Assembly: GCA_964291315.2 (NCBI GenBank)
Contig: OZ219753.1
Location: forward strand, 2,112,001 to 2,176,000
Direction: 5' to 3'
Length of the DNA: 64,000 bases
Source of the DNA: Candidatus Poribacteria bacterium
GTDB taxonomy: Bacteria > Poribacteria > WGA-4E > WGA-3G
The notes under the pieces were generated by a model, which saw nothing but the letters and a program-made list of their open reading frames with translations, did no database searches and was not told the origin of the DNA. Positions 41,986 through 50,323 of this stretch are shown here, piece by piece. Made by a program: the position numbers and the translations under genes. The number at the start of each line of letters is the position of its first letter. Positions within the stretch are counted from its first letter, which is position 1.

Positions 41986-43866
41986 TCACGGGTTTACTGG
42001 CTTCACACACCGAAAACCGAAGACATTGGAACCACCCCAAGTCGTATATCTATAGCGACTCGTGACCGACAAGTATGTTTCTGAATTGTACCAGTCGCCG
42101 CCGCGAATGACGCGCTCTTGGGGCTGTTCATACTTATTCAAGGACGAGTAAGTACCTAGATCCGCCTTATAGTTATCTAACAAGTCTTGGATGCTGGTTG
42201 CAATCGACAACGACACCGGATTGTGGGTCGGAGATTTTGCGTAGTAGTCAGCATCATACGTATCGAGACACCACTCCGCTGCATTCCCGATCATATCATA
42301 GAGACCGTACCCGTTCGGCGGATAACTACCGACTGGCGTCGAACGGCCGAGGCCGCGGTTATTATAGTTCGCCTTGGTTTTATCTATGGTGTCTCCCCAC
42401 GGATATCGCTTGCCTGCTAAGCCGCCGCGTGCAGCATACTCCCACTCTGCTTCGGTTGGCAGTCGCTTTCCTGCCCACCTAGCATATGCCATCGCACCCC
42501 GCCATCTTACATAAATGACAGGATGATTCTCATAGCCTGCCCGTGGGCGATACACACCGTCTACTAAGATAATATTTGTAGAAGCTGTACCGATACTCAC
42601 CCAGCGCCACCAGATATTTTCATGTTTGCCCATTGCGTTGAGAAATGCTGCGTATTCTGCGTTTGTCACTTCGTGTGTATCCATATAAAAGGCATCTAAG
42701 GACACAGCGTGAACAGGGCTTTCGTCCGCATCGCCGGTAGTGCTGCCCATTTGGAAGGTGCCAGCGGGGATCAACACCATGCCCGCAGGAGCTGACGGGT
42801 TTACCGGAGGCACTGGCGTTTCAGGCGGTACTGGAGTGACATCGTCATTCCCGTTATCATCATTCCTGTCATCTATAGGAGAGACCGGCACCCAATCAGC
42901 AGTCACCGTCACGTCAGAACCGCTCTCATACACCATAAAACCATCCGAACGCTCTAACTTCGACACCGAACGATCCGAGTAACTCAGACCCGACTGCTCT
43001 ACTGTCGCAGCGACCTGATCCGAGACCAGCCGAAACGAACGACGCGGATGCAACCAGAACCCAAACGTCTCCGAACTCGCCTCCGGTTTTAACGCTCCCG
43101 CAGCATTGGCAATCCGAAAATAGATCTCGTTATCCGCCCAGGCATGAAATACGCGCCCCTTCCCTGAACGAATGCGATACGTGCCGCGCGTCCGAAACCC
43201 CTCCGGATACCCCTTTTTCAGGTTCTCCAACTTCCACGTCGCGTAGACTACATATAGATCGGCTTCCGTGGCATTTGTTATCACGCTCGCTACCCACGCA
43301 GGCGGCGCAACATCTTCACCAGGCCGACCACCATCGTCTCCGAGTTCGTCATTCGGCGGAGCAGTCGGCTGCCCATCTAGCGACACCCACTCCCGAGTGA
43401 CAACCACTTCGGAGCCACCCGTATAGCTGACAAATCCCTCCAATTGAACCAACTGATCCGGCGAACGATCAGAGTAGAGCAGCTGATCCGTCGTCACAGA
43501 GGCATCGAACGTCTGTGAGACAACGCGGAAGGAGCGACCCGGATGAGACCAGAACGCAAAATCCGTCGTGCCGCTGTTCGCTTTTATCGCATGCTCTGCG
43601 TTTGAAATACGGAAATAGATGCTGTTGGTGTCCCAGGAATGGAAAATCCTGGACTTCCCGGGAGCAAGCCGGTAAGAGCCGCGCGTCCAGAACCCTGCAG
43701 GGATACCTTTGTTATCATCTGCTGCCTGCCAGGTGCTCTTGATCACATAGATCTCTTCAAGCGTGTTATTGGTTACCATGTTCTCTTGCCATTCTGCCGC
43801 TGCGAACGGAACGCTCACAAATATGAGTGCGACGAGCGTTGTCAGAGCCAATATTGTTTTTCGCAT
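41986..43866 (-). CDS. Secreted protein: two N-terminal beta-rich repeats plus one FGE-sulfatase (CLec-fold) domain
   Basis: Paralog of 24667-28233; RLPTEAEWEYAARGG, NGYGLYDMIGN, RGGDW...GFRC. Confidence 0.92.
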   Translation of the reverse strand: MRKTILALTTLVALIFVSVPFAAAEWQENMVTNNTLEEIYVIKSTWQAADDNKGIPAGFWTRGSYRLAPGKSRIFHSWDTNSIYFRISNAEHAIKANSGTTDFAFWSHPGRSFRVVSQTFDASVTTDQLLYSDRSPDQLVQLEGFVSYTGGSEVVVTREWVSLDGQPTAPPNDELGDDGGRPGEDVAPPAWVASVITNATEADLYVVYATWKLENLKKGYPEGFRTRGTYRIRSGKGRVFHAWADNEIYFRIANAAGALKPEASSETFGFWLHPRRSFRLVSDQVAATVEQSGLSYSDRSVSKLERSDGFMVYESGSDVTVTADWVPVSPIDDRNDDNGNDDVTPVPPETPVPPVNPSAPAGMVLIPAGTFQMGSTTGDADESPVHAVSLDAFYMDTHEVTNAEYAAFLNAMGKHENIWWRWVSIGTASTNIILVDGVYRPRAGYENHPVIYVRWRGAMAYARWAGKRLPTEAEWEYAARGGLAGKRYPWGDTIDKTKANYNNRGLGRSTPVGSYPPNGYGLYDMIGNAAEWCLDTYDADYYAKSPTHNPVSLSIATSIQDLLDNYKADLGTYSSLNKYEQPQERVIRGGDWYNSETYLSVTSRYRYTTWGGSNVFGFRCVKPVNP

Positions 43867-43905
43867 GTTGTCTCTCCTTTTATCTGTGAAGATACACAGA
43901 TGTAT
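43498..43905. repeat. Left arm of ~410-bp inverted repeat (partner 52553-52964)
   Basis: Reverse complement matches the leader and 5' coding region of 52592-52999; 43291-43823 also matches 27658-28190 as a direct repeat at constant offset 15633. Confidence 0.88.
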
Positions 43906-44062
43906 GTTTCTTTTTATACTCGGTTTTACTTACGCTATTGTCAACATTAGATCGGTTGCGTAGAAAGATCTCGCCTCAAGGGCTTCGGAAACGGACACCA
44001 CTTGCAGCGGCAATCTGTACGTTCATAAGGTTGGCGAATTGTAATATTTCAAAACTAGTGTA

Positions 44063-44144
44063 CATAATATCACAAATGCACTTAATTGTCAAATTTGTAC
44101 CGTCATAATATCACAAATGCACTTAATTGTCAAATTCGTACCGT
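44063..44144 (-). promoter_or_regulatory. 41-bp tandem duplication, each unit a complete sigma70 promoter
   Basis: Units 44063-44103 and 44104-44144 (one mismatch); minus strand TTGACA-N17-TATTAT with extended TG, facing 41986-43866. Confidence 0.8.
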
Positions 44145-44265
44145 CATTTAGTTTTTGAGTAATTTCCATCTAGGTGCCCGAATGTAAGCAGAACATAGAC
44201 GAAATCCGTTCCTTGTATTACATTCTCGCTGCTAAAGAAATGGTGCCCGTAATTACCGTTTTCCC

Positions 44266-44294
44266 TTTACATTTTTTGCAAAGTGGAGTATACT
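44266..44294 (+). promoter_or_regulatory. Sigma70 promoter of the Rieske protein gene
   Basis: TTTACA-N17-TATACT. Confidence 0.6.
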
Positions 44295-44444
44295 ATTTGT
44301 ATCATCTAAATTTTTGTTAAGGCAAGCAGTCGCGGACATTTAAGTGCTACTTTTTATTTCTGCTGAAGCATCATAGAAGTAGTCAGCCAAAGTATGTTAG
44401 ACCAAAGATAGGGTGCGAAAAAAACGTCAATTAGGAGACTCATT

Positions 44445-46289
44445 GTGCATACACCAACTTCTCCGCTTGAGGAAACGGGTGTCGGTTCTGTTTATGTTGA
44501 AGAACTACCCCCGATAGAAATAGATGATACCGAGCTTGTTTATCATCGACTTTGCCCCGCTAAGGATTTCGAGGAACTCGAAGGCAAACCGTTTCACGTT
44601 AACGGTACACACCTGGCTGTTTTCAAGTCCAATGACAAATTTTACGCTGTTGATAACCGTTGTCCACACATGGGGTATCCTATGTCCAAAGGGAGTATCC
44701 GCGATGGGGTGCTTATTTGCCATTGGCATCACTGGGAATTTGACCTCAAGTCGGGTGCATGTTTTCTAGCGTCTGGCGATGATCTGAAAGCGTTCCCTGT
44801 GGAATTGCGAGACGATGGCTATTTGTACGTTGGATTAGCAAAGGGTGAACGCGAAGCAGCAAAACGGAGGGTTATTGACCGCGGCAAGCGCGCGCTTGAA
44901 CGTGGGCTCAAAGACCGGAGCACCTTCTTTATCGCCAAGGCCGTTACTGCGCTTCGTGATGCGGGTGCAAAGCCGGACGAGATTATTCAACAAGGACTCC
45001 ACTACGGAGCCCATAAAAGCAGCGAGGGGTGGTCTTCTGGCGTTGCTATCCTCACGCTTGCAGCCAACCTTTGGGAAGATGTTGATCCAGAGGATCATAA
45101 CCTCTTTCTCGTACACGGGTTAAGCCAGATTAGTCGTAGGACCACGGGAAGCGCGCGTCCGTATCGTGCCCCCTTTCCGCGGCTCAGCGAGGCACACGAT
45201 CTAGAAACCCTGAAGCGATGGTTCCGTTATTTTATAGATAAACGTCATGCCGGCGCAGCAGAACGCATCTTGCTAACGCTTAACGACCGAGGCTACGATA
45301 AATCTGTCCTGGCAGACTTTGTCTTTACAGCTGCAACGGACTACTACTTCACTGGTGATGGACACGCCCTCGATTTTGGGAACAAAATGTTTGAGGCGTT
45401 GGATTACGTCAATTGGAAAGGCTCACACGAGATTTTGCGCCCGATAGTGGTCGATCTAGTCAGTAGAACACGACATGAAGAGACCTCTCGATGGGCTGAC
45501 GCTGTACCCGTCTTAGAACCACTCTTTGAGAGACTTGATAGTATGTGGCAAGACAATCAAGCCAACGAAGCAGAGCTCGATATTCCAGCGTTCACACAGA
45601 CCCTGCTTGGTGATGAGTTTGAACCGACTGTTGCTGTAGTTGAACGGAAGATTCGCGCCGGTGTCGACCCGATCGATATCTGTCGCGCGATGACTTACGC
45701 CTCAGCGATTCGAACTGCCCGGTTCCACCTCAAAAACGAGGGAGACTGGCACGATGTCGCCAACATTTATTCTTACGCCCATGCACTTTATCATGCTTTC
45801 CACTATGCCCCGAGCGCTAACCTGTTGCGTGGGATTTTCCACGGGGTTGTTTTCTTGGCATATTTGCGCTGGTTGAACATGCCAGCTGCTCGTATTCCGA
45901 GACCCGGACAACGGATACCTGATGAAAACTACGATTCTCCTGACAAAATGTTAGACCGCTTGCAAGAGTTCGCCGACTTCCAGAAGGTCTATGAGGCGGA
46001 AATTCTTGTGAATCAGTACCTCGAAGAGCGGCATGACATCCGCGCCTTGAAACGAACGCTTGCGCACATCCTGCTGCGTGAAGATGCCGAGCTCCACATG
46101 TTTCAGGTCCTCGAAGTCGCCTTCCGGCATTACGACCTGTCAGACGATGTTGAAGAACAACGGATGCATTTGTTGGCAGCGACACGTTATATCACGGCGC
46201 AGAAGCTGATGAAGAACATTTTGTGGTCTACCGAGAACGCGGAACGGCTCGCGCGAGGCGAGTTGCTTAGCGAACGCGACGACGATTAG
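44445..46289 (+). CDS. Rieske [2Fe-2S] domain fused to a large helical domain of unknown function
   Basis: DNRCPHMG...LICHWHHWEFD Rieske ligands; RBS aggag before GTG. Confidence 0.85.
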   Translation: MHTPTSPLEETGVGSVYVEELPPIEIDDTELVYHRLCPAKDFEELEGKPFHVNGTHLAVFKSNDKFYAVDNRCPHMGYPMSKGSIRDGVLICHWHHWEFDLKSGACFLASGDDLKAFPVELRDDGYLYVGLAKGEREAAKRRVIDRGKRALERGLKDRSTFFIAKAVTALRDAGAKPDEIIQQGLHYGAHKSSEGWSSGVAILTLAANLWEDVDPEDHNLFLVHGLSQISRRTTGSARPYRAPFPRLSEAHDLETLKRWFRYFIDKRHAGAAERILLTLNDRGYDKSVLADFVFTAATDYYFTGDGHALDFGNKMFEALDYVNWKGSHEILRPIVVDLVSRTRHEETSRWADAVPVLEPLFERLDSMWQDNQANEAELDIPAFTQTLLGDEFEPTVAVVERKIRAGVDPIDICRAMTYASAIRTARFHLKNEGDWHDVANIYSYAHALYHAFHYAPSANLLRGIFHGVVFLAYLRWLNMPAARIPRPGQRIPDENYDSPDKMLDRLQEFADFQKVYEAEILVNQYLEERHDIRALKRTLAHILLREDAELHMFQVLEVAFRHYDLSDDVEEQRMHLLAATRYITAQKLMKNILWSTENAERLARGELLSERDDD

Positions 46290-46374
46290 TACTTATCAAT
46301 ATCAAAAGGGATCACGGTTCCCCAACTTCTTGAGCTGGGGGCCAGGCGAGCAACGGTATCTCGCAGCAACGTCG

Positions 46375-46418
46375 GGCCGTGGCTTGTAGGAATGTGATGT
46401 CTTACAGGTCACAGGCCT
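46375..46418 (+). repeat. Intergenic hairpin (REP-like)
   Basis: GGCCGTGGCTTGTAGGA pairs with TCTTACAGGTCACAGGCC allowing G-U pairs. Confidence 0.5.
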
Positions 46419-46448
46419 GGCAATGTTATTCTAAGCAAGGAGTTTGAA

Positions 46449-46934
46449 ATGAAGCTGGGCGTTATGTCCGATAGTCACGACAATATTCTAAACGTTAGGC
46501 GCACCGTTACACTTTTCAACGAGCAGGGCGTGGATCTCGTCGTCCATGCCGGAGATTTTATAGCACCGTTTGCCATTGACCCATTAGCGGGTTTGAACTG
46601 CCGCGTTGTGGGTGTTTTTGGAAATAACGATGGCGAACGGGTAATTGTCGCAAAACGGTTTGAGACCATCGGCGGCGAGGTGCACCCTAACCTTGCGGAC
46701 ATCTCCCTCGGTGACAAAAAGATTGCCGTGATGCATTATCCTGAGCTCGCCATACCGATCGCCAAAAGTGGTGATTACGATATCGTCGTCTACGGTCATA
46801 CCCACCAGATAGATATCCAGAAAGATAGATCTCTCTTACTCAATCCAGGGGAGACGGGAGGCTGGACGACAGAAAAGGCAACAGTTGCTGTTGTGGATAT
46901 CGTGACCCTTGAGGTAACAATCCACGAATTGTAG
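46449..46934 (+). CDS. YfcE/MJ0936-type metallophosphoesterase
   Basis: SDSHDN, HAGD, GNND, GHTH, LNPGE. Confidence 0.93.
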   Translation: MKLGVMSDSHDNILNVRRTVTLFNEQGVDLVVHAGDFIAPFAIDPLAGLNCRVVGVFGNNDGERVIVAKRFETIGGEVHPNLADISLGDKKIAVMHYPELAIPIAKSGDYDIVVYGHTHQIDIQKDRSLLLNPGETGGWTTEKATVAVVDIVTLEVTIHEL

Positions 46935-47044
46935 AGATAGGCGTGAGACTGATTGCTGGCCTCCGATTTATTGGGTATACCCGAGATCGCGCAGCCTGCC
47001 TTCTAAAACTTCTGTCTCCTCAGCTTAATAATTGAGAGGTGTTA

Positions 47045-47923
47045 ATGCCAAACATACCCGTTGAAACTGTTGATACTATAACTGACTTTGAGACGCTCTT
47101 AGCGTTCTTTCGTGACACTCTCGACTGGCCGATCCCCGAAGACGTGACGCTCGGCGAGATAGCTTTCCCGTGGTCGTCAGCAGAGCTGGATCTTGATGAA
47201 ACGGCTGAGGCACGAGTCGCTGACTGTCTGCAGCTGCCGCCGTTCGCGCGCGAGGCGTTGGGATTTTCTCCCGAGGTCGGCTCGCAGCCGTGGGGCATCT
47301 TCTTTGTTGAATTCAGCAGTGAGCGGGTGTATCGCACGGGGTTGCGGCGGGTTCTGCGAGGTCTGGTTGAAAGGCGCGCCCGAGACGCACGGCTGCCTGC
47401 GTGGGAGCTGGATCATCTGCTGTTCATCTGCACGACTGCTGATTTTCATCGGTTTGCGTTTGCCCACTTTGCAGGTGCGGGTGCGTCTTGGCAGGATGCG
47501 GTGCTGTCTATATTCTCGTGGGATCGTGGGGATACGCACCTTCGGACGCTGTGTGAATACAACCTGCCGGCCCTTATTTTTCCGCGTGGCGGTTTTTCCT
47601 CTCCGCAAGCATGGATTGCTAAATGGCAGCGTGCGTTTGATGTGGCGGTTGTGACGGATCAGTTTTTCCGTGAGTATAAGAGCGTCTTCGCGTCAGTGGA
47701 GGCCTCGCTGTCAGGGATTCCAGCGAGCGAAGTGGAGGCTCGTCGTCTGTATACGCAGCGTCTGTTGAATCGTTTGATGTTTCTGCGTTTTCTTGAGAGA
47801 AAAGGTTGGTTGCGGTATGCGGGTCGTCGGGACTACTTTCGTGCGTTGTATGAGGCGGCGGTGGGGATAGGATCGCCCTCTGGGAGTGCGGAATCTATAA
47901 GAAGCGGGGGGGGTAATCTCTGA
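47045..47923 (+). CDS. Type IIG restriction-modification enzyme, N-terminal part (ends just after a G8 tract)
   Basis: RBS gagagg; AFDVAVVTDQFFREY and QRLLNRLMFLRFLERKGWL are typical of the type IIG helical region. Confidence 0.75.
   Translation: MPNIPVETVDTITDFETLLAFFRDTLDWPIPEDVTLGEIAFPWSSAELDLDETAEARVADCLQLPPFAREALGFSPEVGSQPWGIFFVEFSSERVYRTGLRRVLRGLVERRARDARLPAWELDHLLFICTTADFHRFAFAHFAGAGASWQDAVLSIFSWDRGDTHLRTLCEYNLPALIFPRGGFSSPQAWIAKWQRAFDVAVVTDQFFREYKSVFASVEASLSGIPASEVEARRLYTQRLLNRLMFLRFLERKGWLRYAGRRDYFRALYEAAVGIGSPSGSAESIRSGGGNL
47906..47913 (+). repeat. Poly-G8 tract at the frameshift of the type IIG gene
   Basis: agc-GGGGGGGG-taatc; removing one G joins both ORFs in frame. Confidence 0.85.
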
Positions 47924-47951
47924 TAAGCACAAGGAGCCTCGGACAGAGAGC

Positions 47952-50252
47952 TTGCTCAACGACCGGCTCTATTACGTCTTCTTCCGCGGTCTCGGAACCC
48001 CCGCTGACGTGTCCGATGCCGAAGCCGCCTTGGCTCGCAGTCGGCGCGGCGATGTGCCGTTCCTCAACGGCGGCCTCTTCGAGATGCAGCCGTATGATGA
48101 ACGACACGCCGTGGATATTCCAAACGACACCTTTGCTGACATCCTCAACCTCTTTGAACGTTATAACTTCACGATCACCGAATCCACGCCGCTAGACATA
48201 GAGGTTGCAGTGGATCCCGAGATGCTCGGTAAGGTGTTTGAGGAACTGGTCACGGGCCGGCACGCCAGTGGGAGCTACTACACGCCGCGTGCGGTTGTCT
48301 CTTTCATGTGTCGGGAGAGCCTGAAGCTCTGCCTCCAGACGCAGACAGCAGAGACCGCGGCATGCCTGACACAGTTCGTAGACGGTGGCGATGCCGCGGG
48401 GATCCGCGATTCAGAGGGCGTGTTAGCGGTGCTGCAGAACTTACGGGTGTGTGATCCTGCGTGTGGGAGCGGTGCGTATCTACTCGGGATGATGGGCGAA
48501 CTGCTTCGCCTACGCGATGCTCTGTTCCAAAGCGATCAGACCGATACTCGTACGGTGTATGAACGCAAGCTGGAGATTATCCGGAAGAACCTTTACGGTG
48601 TAGACAGAGACGGCTTCGCAGTCAACATCGCGATGCTGCGCCTCTGGCTCAGTCTCACAGTGGATTACGAAGGTGACGTGCCACAGCCGCTGCCGAACTT
48701 GGACTATAAGGTTGCAACGGGAGACAGCTTGACCGGGGCAGCCCCGGAACAGATGACGTTTGAAAGGCCGTTGATCCAAGCGATACAGGAGAAACAAGCG
48801 GACTATTTCATCACACACGGGGACGCAAAGAAAGAGGCACTCCGAGCGGAGATCGCCGCACTCCGAGCGGATCTTCAAGGCTGGCAAGCGAGTGCTGATG
48901 AGTTTGTCTGGCAGGTTGAGTTTCCGGAGGTCTTCCAAGCGGGCGGTTTTGATGTCGTGATCGGCAACCCACCTTATGTGCGACAAGAACTTATCAAAGC
49001 GATGAAGCCGACTTACAAACGGCTATTCCCAGAGGTGTATGTCGGCACCGCAGACCTCTACGTCTATTTTTACAAGCGCGGCACGGAGCTGCTGCGGAGG
49101 CACGGCATCTTGGCGTATATCTCCTCAAACAAGTTTTTGCGGGCAGCGTATGGCAGAAAACTGCGCGCATTTTTCTGCGATGCCCAACGCATTCAGCGGC
49201 TGCTTGACTTTGGGAGCGTCTCTGTCTTCAAGGCGAGTGTGGATACCTGTATCCTGATCCTTGAAAATGCTACATCAGACGGAGCGCCTGTTTCGGTGGC
49301 GACGTTTCGGGAGGCGTCCGATGTGCTGCGGCTGTCTGTGGCGTTTCGGGAGCGGGCGTTTCGGCTGCAGCCGCGTGATTTATCAGCGGAGGGCTGGACG
49401 TTGGCATCGCCCGAGACACTGCAGCTCCTGCGGAAACTCGAAACCACCGGCACACCCCTCGGCGAATATGTCAAGGAAGGTTTTTATATGGGAGTGAAGA
49501 CAGGATATAACAAGGCATTTATCATCGATGCGGCTGTGCGGCAGCGGCTGATCTCCGAGGATCCGAAGAGCAATGAGCTCATAAAGCCTTTGCTCAGAGG
49601 GCGAGACCTTAGAAAGTGGCGGACGGATAGCACAGGGCAATATCTGATTTTCACACGGCAAGGGGTTGAGATTGACCGATACACGGCTGTCAAGAAACAT
49701 CTGAGCCAATATAGAAGAAACTTGGAGCCGAAAAAAAGTAGAGCCGAAAAATATGGGAGGAAAATGGGCAGTTATAAGTGGTATGAGATCCAAGACGTTG
49801 TCGCATACTATGCAGAGTTTGAAAAACCGAAGATTTTGTACCCAGAGATTTCAAAGGAGCTTTACGCGGGTTATGATACGAGTGGTGCATTTGGTTTAAA
49901 GACAACTTACTCTATTCCAACCAACGATCTCTCTTTGCTCGCTATATTAAATAGCAGACTTTTTGATTGGTATGCAAGGCACAGTTTCGGGAGTTTGGGT
50001 GACACTTGGGAAGGTGGAGGACTTTTCTTTTTTCGCCAATATATGGAGCAGGTTCCTATAGTAGATCGGACTGATGCGCAGAAAGCGGAGCTGTCGCGGC
50101 TTGTCGAGCAGATATTGGCAGACCCAGAGGGCGACGGTGTGCGCGACATCGAGCGGGAGATAGATGAGCGGGTGTATCGGGTGTATGAGCTAACGGATGC
50201 GGAGATCGCGTTGATTGAGCAGACGTATCGTGAGGCGGGGATGGCGCGGTGA
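47952..50252 (+). CDS. Type IIG (Eco57I/TaqI_C-like) RM enzyme, MTase and specificity part
   Basis: PFLNGGLF, DPEMLGKVFE, GSYYTP, DPACGSGAY, VIGNPPY, KPLLRGRD, PKILYPEI; no RBS at the TTG, so probably a continuation of the upstream ORF. Confidence 0.85.
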   Translation: MLNDRLYYVFFRGLGTPADVSDAEAALARSRRGDVPFLNGGLFEMQPYDERHAVDIPNDTFADILNLFERYNFTITESTPLDIEVAVDPEMLGKVFEELVTGRHASGSYYTPRAVVSFMCRESLKLCLQTQTAETAACLTQFVDGGDAAGIRDSEGVLAVLQNLRVCDPACGSGAYLLGMMGELLRLRDALFQSDQTDTRTVYERKLEIIRKNLYGVDRDGFAVNIAMLRLWLSLTVDYEGDVPQPLPNLDYKVATGDSLTGAAPEQMTFERPLIQAIQEKQADYFITHGDAKKEALRAEIAALRADLQGWQASADEFVWQVEFPEVFQAGGFDVVIGNPPYVRQELIKAMKPTYKRLFPEVYVGTADLYVYFYKRGTELLRRHGILAYISSNKFLRAAYGRKLRAFFCDAQRIQRLLDFGSVSVFKASVDTCILILENATSDGAPVSVATFREASDVLRLSVAFRERAFRLQPRDLSAEGWTLASPETLQLLRKLETTGTPLGEYVKEGFYMGVKTGYNKAFIIDAAVRQRLISEDPKSNELIKPLLRGRDLRKWRTDSTGQYLIFTRQGVEIDRYTAVKKHLSQYRRNLEPKKSRAEKYGRKMGSYKWYEIQDVVAYYAEFEKPKILYPEISKELYAGYDTSGAFGLKTTYSIPTNDLSLLAILNSRLFDWYARHSFGSLGDTWEGGGLFFFRQYMEQVPIVDRTDAQKAELSRLVEQILADPEGDGVRDIEREIDERVYRVYELTDAEIALIEQTYREAGMAR

Positions 50253-50323
50253 AAAAGAGGGCGGCATTCGGAGGTACCTCCTACAGCGGAAAAACAGACA
50301 TTCCACAAGGTATGTAGTCTTAT

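Noticed and set aside
44063-44147. 41-bp repeat as a CRISPR array
   Set aside because: Two head-to-tail units with no spacer and no cas genes; explained as a duplicated promoter.
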